DNA from: Octopus vulgaris | Lineage: Eukaryota | DNA length: 64,000 nt | Assembly (NCBI GenBank): GCA_951406725.2 | Contig: OX597819.1 | Coordinates: 104,842,001-104,906,000, forward strand | Direction: 5' to 3' | In this document: one piece after another, positions 41,556 to 54,586 of the stretch | Layout of the letters: each line of letters starts with the position of its first letter | Numbering within the stretch: the stretch's first letter is position 1 | Notes under the pieces: model-generated | Database searches by the model: none | What the model was told of the DNA's origin: nothing | Seen by the model: the letters and a program-made list of their open reading frames with translations, nothing else | Position numbers and translations under genes: made by a program

Positions 41556-42336
41556 ATCTGAATGTGGCTAGGGACAGGGCAGGGCGGTGGGGGTGTTACT
41601 GATGCATTTAGCCCCAGGCGATCATCAACGTCACCAGGATGGCTGACGCCATCACGGCGTCCTCTAGCCTGCAAAAGGAGATCATTCCCCGAAGAAGCGG
41701 ATGCCACATACGGACCTAGGTTTCAAGGTGTTTGCCTATTATCAACGTATGGCAGGCACCGCTCCTCGACGAACGACTCTCTGTGCAGGCTATATATAAA
41801 GATTTTCACAGTAAATACATTTACTGATGTAGAAAATCTGTTCGACAGCAATAATAATTCTCTAAACGAGATATAGACAGTAACTGCTCCATAACATAAG
41901 GGACGTTAGCCATCTGAATGTGGCTAGGGACAGGGCAGGGCGGTGGGGGTGTTACTGATGCATTTAGCCCCAGGCGATCATCAACGTCACCAGGAGGGCT
42001 GACGCCATCACGGCGTCCTCTAGCCTGCAAAGGGAGATCATTCCCCGAAGAAGCGGATGCCACATACGGACCTAGGTTTCAAGGTGTTTGCCTATTATCA
42101 ACGTATGGCAGGCACCGCTCCGTGGCATCCGCTTCTTCGGGGAATGATCTCCCTTTGCAGGCTAGAGGACGCCGTGATGGCGTCAGCCCTCCTGGTGACG
42201 TTGATGATCGCCTGGGGCTAAATGCATCAGTAACACCCCCACCGCCCTGCCCTGTCCCTATCCACATTCAGATGGCTAACGTCCCTTATGTTATGGAGCA
42301 GTTACTGTCTATATCTCGTTTAAAGAATTATTATTG

Positions 42337-42338
<2 letters not shown>
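41556..42338 (-). mobile_element. Element C: 356-bp tandem repeat plus inverted copy, with two U3:A8 hammerheads
   Basis: Direct copies start at 41556 and 41912; inverted arms 41847-42063 / 42122-42338; hammerheads at 41707-41751 and 42063-42107. Confidence 0.85.
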
Positions 42339-42402
<64 letters not shown>

Positions 42403-42419
42403 GTATACGTATATGTATA

Positions 42420-42551
42420 ATGGTAGGGAATATAATTCCAAACTTACAAGGAAAAATTCAATTTAGCAATTCTAAATCAAAGTTCACAATATATAATATA
42501 TGAATATAATTTAGAGAAAATCCTCTATTAAGCAATTCAATAGTGAAAGAC

Positions 42552-42612
<61 letters not shown>

Positions 42613-42869
42613 ATTATTATTATTATTTTAGACCTGATGAATGACTATATTTTTAAATAGAATTAATTTTAGATCGATTTAATCTTAAATCGAATTGATT
42701 TTATTATTATTCTCTATTTGAAAATATGGCCACAAAACACGCGTAGTCAATTTACTATTTATTGTTTATGTACTTTATTGATGTTTAGAATAATGTTTTT
42801 TTATAGTATATTTATTTTTTTCTATATGGTGTGAATAACGTCTTTCGCTATTGAATTGCTTAATAGAGG
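42420..42869 (+). mobile_element. Fold-back element D with degenerate long-stem-II hammerhead
   Basis: 36-bp IR 42522-42557 / 42834-42869; GAC-CUGAUGA-(~90-nt hairpin)-aAAA-CACGCG-UA|GUC at 42631-42748. Confidence 0.65.
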
Positions 42870-42937
<68 letters not shown>

Positions 42938-44118
42938 CTCCGTACTCTGAGGTCGAATAGCGCAAACGTTATTTTTTTAATACTCCTTTCATCCATGCAG
43001 GGCCCGTCGTTAAATAAAGAACCACTTCAATGTAGTAGATTGGCAGAATTACCAGAATGCTCTTAGTTCAAATTTCATCAAATACAAATCCTATCGCTAG
43101 CCATTTCCTTACTCCTCACAAAGAGAGATGTCAAGATGGATTTTACTATGACGTCTTTCTGCAATGATACAGGTTTCCTGACTTCTCAACACAGAAGACC
43201 AAACATTTTTCTCTTTTCTCTTTTCCTTGTTTCAGTCATTTTGACTGCGGCCATACTGGAGCACAGCCTTTAGTCGAGCAAATCGACCCCAGGACATATT
43301 CTTTAGAAGCGGGGACGTAAACACACCACCATCGGTTATCAAGCGATGTTGGGGGAACAAACACAGACACACACATACATATATATATATATATACATAT
43401 ATACAACGGGCTTCTTTCAGTTTCCGTCTACCAAATTCACTCACTAGGCTTTGGTCGGCCCGGTTCTATAGTAGAAGACACTTACCTAAGGTGCCATGCA
43501 GTGGGAATGAACTCGGAACCATGTGGTTCTTACCACACAGCCATTCCTGCATTATGGACACAAGTCTTTTCCCACACTAACGAAACTTACTGAGTAATGA
43601 CTCCATAATCTCAGAAAGCTGAGAAATAATAGTACTGCCAACGATAACCATGTCTCCTTCAGGATGCAGATCATACTGTACGACTCCGATATGCTGTAGT
43701 TAATCTTATATAATATCATGTGAGTCTAGACGAGTTGTAATATATACACTGCTTAGTCTGTTTCTATATAACTCTTGTCGTCGTTGTCGCTGCCGCCTTA
43801 AACAAATGAGATCACCTTCAACAAAGTAGTTCCTCGGAATGATCACGATTGGAAAAACATTTTAACATAATCCTGCTCCATCAGGTCTTTAGATGTTATA
43901 TGTGTCTGATGTTCAATCCCAAATCAGCCCAGATCGAGTAGGTGTATGATTACAGGCTTTCTAGCCGCAATCATCCCATGTTTTTGTATATGAGCGTGTG
44001 ATTTGAGGAAGGTTTGATTGTTATTTCTGACAAACCGAGGCTTCTACTACAGCCTCGGTCCGACCAAAGCCTTCTGAGTGAATTTGGTAGACGGAAACTA
44101 ACGAGACTCTCAGAAGGC

Positions 44119-44726
44119 TGTTATGTTACTGTGGTGGTAGGAACCCGGTAAAGAATGTATAAAACACACGGTGGTAACTTTAACACGTTTATTGTGGCTA
44201 CACGCACATACACAATGGAATGAGGAATAGAATGGTAGATGGACTTCCATATATATCTACAGGCATATGCGTGGGTTGTGTGTAAGCTGTTAACCCCGGT
44301 GAGAAGCTCACGAACAGTGATGTAGGAATCAGAGCAGTGTGTTGGTGCTGTGTGGATATTGACGACGTTGGTGAGAGACATCTGGTGTGGCGACGAAGAT
44401 GGAGGTCGCTGCAAGGTGGTCAGTGATTAGACCTTAGAAAGTCTAGAACCAACTGACGTCGAACCTAGGAAGAGGTGAGCTTTTATAGCTGACGGATGGA
44501 CTCAAATGCTCGTTTGGAACAGACTGTTTGAAATGACTTATTTGCAGGTTGTGATTGGTTGGGTCGCATATTGGCGCGCGATAGAGTATGAGACAAATTG
44601 CGCCAATATCAACCAATCGGAGTGGTAGACACAACAGGATCCAAAACAGCGCCCAAAGACTAGCCGTTACCTGCTATTTTCGTATGTACTTAATATAAGA
44701 GAGGAAGTTCACTAGAGTTCGCAACA
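44119..44726 (-). mobile_element. Probable solo LTR
   Basis: TGTT...AACA ends; on the minus strand CCAAT boxes, TATAAAA (~44481-44487) then AATAAA (~44188-44193); no TSD found. Confidence 0.6.
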
Positions 44727-45639
44727 GGACTAATTTGAGGTAAAACAAAAACAAGCCACTATATTGTCGCTCGGCTTGTCAGAAATAACAATCAAATCTT
44801 CTCAAATCACACGCTCATATACAAAAACATGGAATGATTGCGGCTAGAAAGCCTGTAATCATACACCTACTCGATCCGGGCTGATTTGGGATTGAACAGT
44901 AACATCAGACATATAAATGATCCTCTAATTACCATTAATCATTAGAGACTGTGAGGAATGGAATTCGCTCCAGCAACAACCTGTACCACTTACGTCTTGG
45001 TTGTCTTTCATTTTTTGTATATCCCTTTCATTGTGTAGTTGGTCTGTAGACGTACGGCCCTTGTTGATCTAAAATGTACTATTTTGTGTTTCTTTGTAGT
45101 TTATTTTGGATTGTTGCAGAGAGATTGACGGCCCAAGCAGTGCTGATATAATCTATGATTGATATAATATATCGTTTGAACATTAATGCAGTTCGTTAGC
45201 CCGCTTTTTAAATCGTTTGGTTTCTTTTTTTAGACGAACTTATATTTTTATCACATTCAGTGATAACCATCGGAATGTGTGGCATTCCGATTAGACATTT
45301 TAAAGTTGTTGTTTAGTTCCCAAATCAACCCTAAACAAGCTTAAAGGAATTCCAGCTAGTTATTTATTCTTCGTATTAATAGTTATCGCCATGGACACAG
45401 GTTCGTGTGTCACATAGCTAGCTAGAGGTGATGGCTACTTGGAGCTAATCAACGGCAGCATTCGTCCTATTTTTCTAGACTGCCATGTTTGCTTGGCGAT
45501 AAGTATTAATATCCAATACCGCTGCCGTAGTCACCTTTAGAGAAAGACTTATAAATATTAATATTTCTATTTATTCTTCGTTTTTGCAAAAAAAAAGATA
45601 ATCTAGATATGTTTTACAAACCCCCCATAGGCCCCATAA

Positions 45640-46120
45640 TAATTTTAAGAGCACTGATTACTTTGGAAAATGTTTTTAAGGCTATACCTAGCCACTGCCC
45701 AGATCGTCTATTTTTGACAAACGATATCCATTTATCATCACAAGTAATGACATAAGGCATAAAGATATATTTTTTTTATTGCGGATTAGCAGCATTAAAC
45801 ACCACTAGTTGCTGCAATTTTTGATGTTCAATCAATTCGTACGGAATCCATTTATTCAACTGGATCACTTTTCTTATGGGATAAAAATGGCAGGAACAGT
45901 TATAGAAAATACTACCAAGTTTTCTGTAAGTTGCCGAACTATTGATTCTTTCCATCAATTCTCTTAATTCACCATTTATGACAAACCTTGGTTTCCCTGA
46001 TACCTCACTCTGAAGGCTCTCGTCTGTGGACGAAATTTCTGAAATTACAGTCGCGCCGTTCGTAGGCTAACATAATTCCTACCAAATGTCAAAGTGATGC
46101 TTATAGTAACTTCAAATACA
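45640..46120 (-). mobile_element. Decayed mariner transposase fragment
   Basis: KWIPYEL (WVPHEL-like) and VITCDDKWI (IVTCDEKWI-like) motifs. Confidence 0.6.
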
Positions 46121-48224
46121 TTATATCCTGAGAAATCGTGCAAAAAAAAGAAGAAAGAAAAGAAAAAAAAGAAACAGTCGCCATATTATTGTTGGGTACG
46201 AAATCGATGCTTACAAGACAAACGCCACCTGAAAGTGAAGCCAAATGAATATCAAAGCTAATCAAATAATAAAAGATACGCTGATCCAGCAGCTATTTTC
46301 CTTAACATGTATAATCATAACTTTACAATGGTTCATATTAAAAGATGATATTTCATACGGTCCGCTTTACTATAATGAGTTGGCCACGGTTGACATAGCA
46401 GTGGAATAATGACAAATTGATACGAAAAAGAAACTGGTTTCTATGACTTCCGTCGACCAAGACTGACCATGTACCTGCATGTGCACGCCTGAGCATGCAG
46501 CTGATCATATATGCAAGTCTCATTTCTTCATGCCACCGATGTTTATTCAAGGAAAAGCAGCTTGGTGTCAGTGTCATCGCAGGCATGGCCACCATAGTCG
46601 GAACAGTAACCGCAGAGCATTTTGCTCAACCCTCTGCCAGTTCCGCCAACAATACCCTAGATTGGTATTTTTTATTAGTCACGAAAAGATGAAAGGCAAA
46701 GTTGACTACGGTGGAATTTGAACTCAGAGTGCAGAAATTAGGGACCAATTCCTGCGAGGTTACTTTATCCAGTGTTCTAATGACTAACAATTTGTCATCT
46801 AAAACTGAGTGACCCACATGCAAAACAGCAGATATGAAAGGGAACTTAGGACTGACAACTCTGAACAAAACAAGGCATAGCAAAAAGGCGTACAAAGAGC
46901 ATTTCCTAATGAGACTGGTTGATGGAAAAAAATAAGATAACTTCAAACCGAAAACCTTGTCCAAATGCTTGCAACCAAGTGGAATCTACTAAAAGCATCC
47001 AAAGACCATGTAGTGATGTTAAACTGGTTGACGGATTACATCTACGACCCACAAGTACCACTAGGACTACGACAACTACAGTACGTATTTATCATAATAT
47101 TTTCGACAATACAAGGATAATTTCCTATCTTCCTTCGAGTATTTTTAACAAGACACCATTTTGTTGGCAATGTACAGATACATTGGCTACACCTACTTGA
47201 GCACTTATAACACAAAGAGCTGAAATAAATATCACAGAGCATTTTCTCCAACGCTCAAACATCTTCATCATTCTCATATTCATCTGTTGAGCCCTTTTGT
47301 GTCCTTAGATTGCTCCCATTTAATAAGGACATAAACTCCTTTGAGTCTGGTGCCATTTTTTGGAGGAAGGGTTATTAATCTAAGAGAAAACGATACTATT
47401 CAAGGAAACAATAACAGGCAGAACAAACGAGAATTGATCCAGCGAATATGAGAACGATGAAAATAAGGCAAAGATCAATCCTTAACAACTGCGTCCAGCG
47501 TTATTGGCGTAGGCTAGGGCTAAGCAGCACTATCCTAAATGCCGAAACTGCATATTCCTTAGACTGGACAGCTGATGAAAGGATAATTCCCCGGTTGTTC
47601 CGTGTTATATTTTCGTTATATTTTCCTGTTTATATGGCGATGCATACAGCGCTCCCAACCACCGCCACCACTTAGGTCTGGGCTAGTAAGATCGGAGCTT
47701 AACCTGGTTTCCAACGTGTATAAGTGATTGAGATTACAGCACTTCCCCTGAACGTAACGTCAGTCCATCTCAGGGTTAACTTCCAACAATTGCTAGGAAC
47801 TCATTTATAACTGAGTGGATTGGAGCAATGTGAAATGAAGTGATTTTCTCAAGAACCCAATGCACCACACTAATCACTAGACCACACGCCTTCATCTACT
47901 CCCAACCCCACCACACACTATTTTTTCTTTTATTTCATTTGCCTATCTGGAAGCGGTTTCTTTGCCATAATGGTGAGCAGGGTGAGGTTTTGACCTCTGA
48001 ATGTTCAGAGCCAGAACAAATACCATAAGACAATCAAACAATTTTGCCAATCCACTACCATCAGCTAGTTCTTCATTTATCAATCTCGAAATATGAAAGA
48101 CAAAATTGACCCCTGAATGTAGAGAATTTGGAACAAATACCAATAAAACATAATCCAACACCTAGCGTTTCTGCCAGTCTACCATCATGGACTGGTACTT
48201 CCTCCTAGAATGATGAAATACTTA

Positions 48225-49463
48225 GCTGACCTTCATAGGATTTGAACTCAAAATATAAAGACCCAAACAAATACTTCAAGCTATTTTTGTCCACTATTCT
48301 AACAATTCTGCCAATGTACTGCCTGACTGTCTTTCAAAAAGGGAACACTGCTTTGGACAATGTAGATTTATATGACAGAAAAGGCTGGATGGTCAGGACT
48401 GGAATATCTTTAATCAGAGATCAGCTGGATTATGCTGATTTCAAGCTAAACAATGTGTTTAATCTAAAAGCAAACATTACAATACTCAATTCACAATACT
48501 GAATTAATTAACATATCCAAGCTAATGAGGGAGCTTCTAGAAACCACATGACATGCTAGAAATAGTAGTTAAATATTCCTCAAAGAACAATTTGGCATCT
48601 TAAAAAAAAAAAGACACACTAATGTAATTCTGAAAATAAGATGAGATGGTCATGCATGGAAAGCCTTTGGATACAGTGCTGTTTGAACAGAGCTGCCCTG
48701 GGGCTAAATAACAAGAGCAACAACAATACCAACAAAAGAAATTAAATATTTCCATTTATGATATAAATTTAATTTGAACTTGAATTTATATTCTATTTAT
48801 ATTTTATTTTATTTTATATTTTGTTTTTATTGAATGTTATATCCTGAGGAGGATGGATATGGCCCGTGGCCTTTTCAGAGCCTCATGAGATAGAATAGAA
48901 ATAACAGCAGTTTGTGTTTTGAAATTTTGAGGATCTGTGATTAGAATGGGCAAAAGCCATGATTAGGGATGGAATGTCAGGGGTTTACAAAGTTCAGTTT
49001 CATTTTCCTTTTTGGCTTTCTTTTTTGTCTATTTTTTTTTTAGCTGTTTCATATTATTTTGTCTTTCATGTGACATGCATGCCTGTGGGTGGGTGTGTGT
49101 GTTATTTTTCAATTTGGAATCTGAAAAATATCTGAGTGGAATATGATCCATGACAAAACAAGGATATCTAACATTGGGAATTCCATCCAACCTGCAACTG
49201 ACCAGTGTGGACAGATAGCTCTACAACCAGTGTAAATAAGCAGGCAATGGTGTGCTGAGGCTTTCATCCAGTTGTGGATTGACAACGACTGAATGGAATA
49301 TGTGGAATATGACACAACACTATAGATAGTTTGGTGGGAGATTAATTCAACTGAATCAACATAAAGTAAATGGCTGCCAACGGGGACACAGAATGATGAT
49401 GATAACACACTCACACACACATATGTAATTAAATATATATATGCATGTATATAAACAGATATG

Positions 49464-49541
<78 letters not shown>

Positions 49542-49962
49542 CATGTACATACATAAATTTTTTTATTCTTTTACTTGTTTCAGTCATTTGACTACAGCCA
49601 TACTGGAGCACTGCCTTTAGTCAAGCAAATCGACCCAAGAACTTATTCTTTGTAAGCCTAGTACTTATACTATTGGCCTCTTTTGCTGAACTGCTAAGTT
49701 ACGGGGACATAAACACACTAACATCGGTTATCAAGCAATGCTGCAGGGAGAAACACAGACACAAATATATACACACACATTCATATACATATATATATAT
49801 ACGACGGGCTTCTTTCAGTTTCCATCTACCAAGTTCACTCACAAGGTTTTGGTTGGTCCAAGACTATAGTAGCAGACACTTACCCAAGGTGTCATACAGT
49901 GGGACTGAATGTAGAACCATGTGGTTGGTAAGCAATCTACATACCACAAAGCCACTCCTACA

Positions 49963-50007
<45 letters not shown>

Positions 50008-50257
50008 GTGTGCGTACACACATATACACACACACACACATCTATCCATGCATTCATGCATGCATACACACACATAATTAAATATATAGATGCATGTATA
50101 TAAACAGATAAGTAGATAGATAGATAGATAGATAGATACATGTATATATACATGTGTGCATACACACACATACATACACACATGCATACACACATACACA
50201 GATCTATTCATCCATCCATCCAAATGTACATACATGCATGCATACACACACACACAC

Positions 50258-50288
<31 letters not shown>

Positions 50289-51070
50289 CACATACATAAA
50301 ACAAAATATGCAGATATGCATATGTACTGATTCTAAATACTTATGCACGCACACACACACACACACACATGCACAACTACCCTGTTTTTGATGTTGAAAT
50401 TCCAATGAAAGAACCTTGATTCCCGATTAGAAACCAGCACTTTCTCCATTGACAATAAACCTAGAATTAAAACTAAATAATAACACACACATTATCTTTT
50501 AGTTACAAGTAAACTGTAGCACTCATGATCCTTTACAGAACTTCTGAGATTAGTAGATGGGTGGGATGGATTTAGGGTGTCCTCCAACCAGAGATTAAAC
50601 CTGGATTTTTAATCTTCACATTGGAGGCAAGATGCCTAATATCAATTCCATCAACCCCAACCTCAGTACTTCACTGATACTTTATTTTATCAACCCTAAA
50701 AGGGATAAAAGGCACAGCTGACCTTCATAGGATTTGAATTCAGAATATAAAGACCCAAACAAATACTCCAAGGTATTTTTGTCCAATATTCTAATAATTC
50801 TGTCAGTTTGCTGTCTGACTGTCGTTACAAAAGGGAAGGCCGCATTGAACAATATAGATTAATATGACAGAAAAGGCTGAGTGGTGAGGGCTGGAACACC
50901 TTCATCAGAGATCAGCTGGATTATGCAGACCTCAGGCTAAACAATGTAGTTAATCTGAGAGCAAACATTACAATTTCACAATACTGAATTAATTAACATG
51001 TTTAAACCAATGAGGGAGCTTCTATGAAATCACATGACATACAAGAAATTGTAGCTAAATCTCCTTCATT
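48225..51070. repeat. Local dispersed direct duplication (~350 bp): 48225-48580 vs 50716-51070
   Basis: Collinear similarity from gctgaccttcataggatttgaa through aatgagggagcttcta. Confidence 0.75.
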
Positions 51071-51189
51071 GAACAGGAGGGATAAAAGGCACAGCTGACC
51101 TTCACAGGATTTGAACTCAGAATGAAAGAGAATTATAACTAAATGCTACCAAAGCATTTTATCCCTCACTCAAATCTTCTAACACTGGT

Positions 51190-51396
51190 TTAACCCATTA
51201 GCATTCAGATTACGCTGTATTATTTATTTACATTGTCTTGAATTAATCATGCATTATCTTGTAGCTTCAAGATTTCAATGATGTAGCTGTTTAGTTTTAC
51301 AACGACATTGTAGAGTAGGTGTGAGATATTGGATCTGACCAGTTTGAACATAAAAGAGGCAGAATATTTTGGCCAGTTTAAATGCTAAAGGCTTGA
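51190..51396. mobile_element. piggyBac-like MITE
   Basis: TTAA-cccattagcatt ... aatgctaaaggc-TTGA termini. Confidence 0.55.
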
Positions 51397-51890
51397 TACC
51401 AACATTGGTAAATTGTAGCTGACCACCCTCTGTTCTCCACCAGTCTCTATATTCTTTGGAAACAAAGAATATAGTACACTTGTTTATTTGTTCCCCAATA
51501 AACACTGTTGACTAATTCCAGTTAGTAGTTTCAAGCAGAGGTATTTTCTTCTGTTGATCATCAATTGTAATGAACTGATGGCAAACAGTGAACTCCACAA
51601 GTTGGACAACATCTTTTACATCACTCCATTAAAACCCACCACCATTCAACCTCTCAAAAACATATTATATTTTATTATATTTATTTATTGCCTTTCATTT
51701 CTTTCTTCTGTTTTTTTTAAATGTTTCTTGAGGAAGGTAAGGAGATGGAGCACTGTTAAACTTTGTCACCACTTTCTGAAATATACAAATATTAAGCTAT
51801 ATATATATATAGATAGATAGACAGATACACACACACACATAGGTTTGGTGATGCAAACAGAAAAACAAAATTCCAAAGATGTAATATATG

Positions 51891-51935
<45 letters not shown>

Positions 51936-52004
51936 ATAGAAATGGCAAGACAACGAAAAAATGAAAGAGACCTCGATATTATGTAAATAGAGGAATTTAT
52001 CTGT

Positions 52005-52200
52005 AAATATAATATGTGACAATTATTCAGTAGCTATAATAAAACTTCAAGTTTCAGATGTCGGGGCGGAAACACACGCTGGCATCTCTTCAGTTATCAA
52101 TGGCCCAATAACTGAAGAGATACCGGCATGTGTTTCTGCCCTGACATCCGAAACTCAGAGTTTTATCATGGCTACCGAATTATTGTCACATATTATATTT
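52005..52200. mobile_element. Fold-back element E (93-bp arms) with a hammerhead motif in each arm
   Basis: Arms 52005-52097 / 52108-52200; plus-strand AUAA-CUGAAGA-GAU...AUCc-GAAA-CUC a GAG-UU|UUAU at 52108-52166; TA array nearby. Confidence 0.75.
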
Positions 52201-52299
52201 AATATATACTTAAGACAATTTGTACTTATTCATTTTTCAGTTCTTTAATTTAATATAATCATCTTATATAAGACCATACTGGACCACTACATTGAAAAT

Positions 52300-52455
52300 T
52301 TAATTTCACTGTTAGAATAGATAATTTCAAAGTTGATAAATTTAACATTAGAATAAATCACTTTAAAATTTGATAATTATAACCTTAAAATAGATCATTT
52401 TAATGTTGATAATTTTAAAGTTAGAATAGATAATAATGCTGACAATTTCAATGGA
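52300..52455. repeat. ~33-bp AT-rich tandem repeat (about 4 copies)
   Basis: ttagaatagataatttcaaagttgataa-like units. Confidence 0.65.
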
Positions 52456-52604
52456 AAGAGCAAAAATAGCTCTTCCATGATGCAATTGCTTATTCAAGAA
52501 AGAAAAATGATGAAAACAATGAAGAAAACATGTATACTTACATTAAGAGTCAATTTTTCATGCAATGGTCAGTCACTGGTCTAAGAAATGCAGGGACTAA
52601 GTTA

Positions 52605-54586
52605 TCAGTCTGACGTCATTGGACTGACTCTACTTGAAGTGTTGGTAATCTGGTCTAACGGCAAACAGGACGAAAGATCTGTTGAACCAGAACTCGTTAC
52701 TTGTACAATAATTTCTCCATTGGCTGTTGTTGGGATGTTGATTGTATTAGCAGTGATATTAGCAGCAGATGTTAAAGTGCTAACCTGCTGTATGGTAGCT
52801 GGTGTCGGTTGAAGACTTGGTGGTAGGATCAACTGAAGTGAAGCTGAAGGCAAACCAGCTGCACTGCATTGTTCAAGAAGTTCGTTTTTGATATTTGAAG
52901 CATCAATGTCAACACGAGATATTTGGACATTAATAGGAATGGTGCCGGTCTGTGAAGTATGTTGGGATAGGATATGAAGAGGGATTTCGGATGTGGCAGA
53001 ATGGTGTTGTTGGTGGCTCGTCAAAGTAGGACTTAGAGGTGAATTCACAATGCTTATTTGCTCAGGACGTTGTCCAGCAACTTGGTTAGGTAGAAGCTGA
53101 GTACTGAGTGATGCTGCCGGCATACGTATGAAAGGCAAAGAGATATTTGAAATAAGCTGTAGAGTGTTGGGAGCTGCCTGCAAGAATTGTGGAGTAACAA
53201 TGGTACTCTGCTGTGGCTGGCTACTCAACAAGATACCATTCATAACACTCTGAGCACCACTACTTACAGATGGACTACTCACAGTTGAAGGTAACACTTG
53301 CGACACTGTCGTCTGTGAGCCAGTTGCTAAAGTTGATAAAGGGGCTCCTATTGAGTCCCTTGGCAGGCAATGTACTGTCTGAGATGTATGATCAACCAAG
53401 TTTTGGCTGATAGTCTGGGGTAGACTACCAGCTTGGCTTTCTAAAGATGCAGAATTTGTGGATTGTGAGAAAATAATATTATTAGAAGCCAAGTCTTTAG
53501 AAATTGATATAAAAGACGAACTGCTTGGTGTCATCGCTATCGTCGCTGGGGTACTGTTTGTTGATGATAGTGTTACTTGTTGTTGTAGCCGCTGCTGTTG
53601 TTGATGTTGTTGTTGTGATTGTGGTTGGCCACTGACTAAAAGAGATTTTGAGGTCACCAAACTTTTTAAAATGGGTTGCTCTACATCTGAAGAAACTGAA
53701 TTGCTGCTCAGGTTCCCAATATTCAAGAACGATTGTTGACAAACAGGAGCACTTTTATTCGATTTTGAAATGTGTGGCGCTGTGATGATGTTGACAATGG
53801 ATGATGTGGATACCAAAGAAGGAGACTCCGACACAGATTTCACAGATGAGCTGCTCCCAGCACCAACAAGTAATGTTGCAAATTTGTTAGTAGAAGACAC
53901 TGACTGGTTACTATTACTATTGTTGGTTGTGTTAGCAGTGAGAAGACTTGTCAGAGTTTGTGGTGAAGAATCTTTCATAGTATGGCTTGCCTGAGAGTTC
54001 ACTGGCACCATGGGATTCTGTACTTCAAGCACTCTCATCGTTGAAGTCTGCAGAGCCTTTTCAATATCTCGGTGTTGTCGCATGTGACTTCGTAAAGAAT
54101 CCTGTCGGACAAACGAGGCATTACACTGCACACAGCAAAAGGATTTCTTGCAGTTTGGTTTGATTCTCATTTGAGATCCACCAGATGGTTCCAGATTTGT
54201 TATAGGTGAAGAATTGGTGCTTGCATTAGCAGAAACTTTCTCGATAGGTTCTGATTTTTTGCGAGAACCTGTCTTCCTCTTCTGTTTCAGTTTGTCTGAA
54301 TGTTTCTTTGCCATGTGAGTTTTCACATTGCTGTTCTGTTTGGAAGTGTAGGCACAATAATCACAAGAGAATGGACGATCTTCACTGTGTGTGCGCAGGT
54401 GGTTAATTAATGCACTTTTACGGGAGCACTGATATGGACAAGATGGACATTTGATGGGGCGGTCAGTATCATGAGTCTTGATATGTTCTCGGTAACTCTT
54501 GCGAGAAGATGTAGCATAATTACAATTATCACAGTGGATCTGGTCATCTGTTGAGTGGTTGATTCGATAGTGACTTTTGAGGTTAG
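52605..54586 (-). CDS. ZFP64: ZFP64-like terminal coding exon: fingers 6-10 and long S/Q/T-rich C-terminus
   Basis: Acceptor cctacag|CT AAC CTC (ANLKSH); three further tandem fingers, isolated finger FCCVQCNASFVRQDSLRSHMRQH; TGA at 52605-52607. The five exons total 3429 nt = 1143 codons with no internal stop. Confidence 0.93.

Noticed and set aside
41562-42466. Repeated 100-180 aa GC-rich ORFs
   Set aside because: Non-ATG starts, no domain; by-product of the tandem/inverted element C.
47500-47600. Hairpin followed by GAAAC, with CTGATGA downstream
   Set aside because: Elements cannot be arranged into a consistent three-stem hammerhead.
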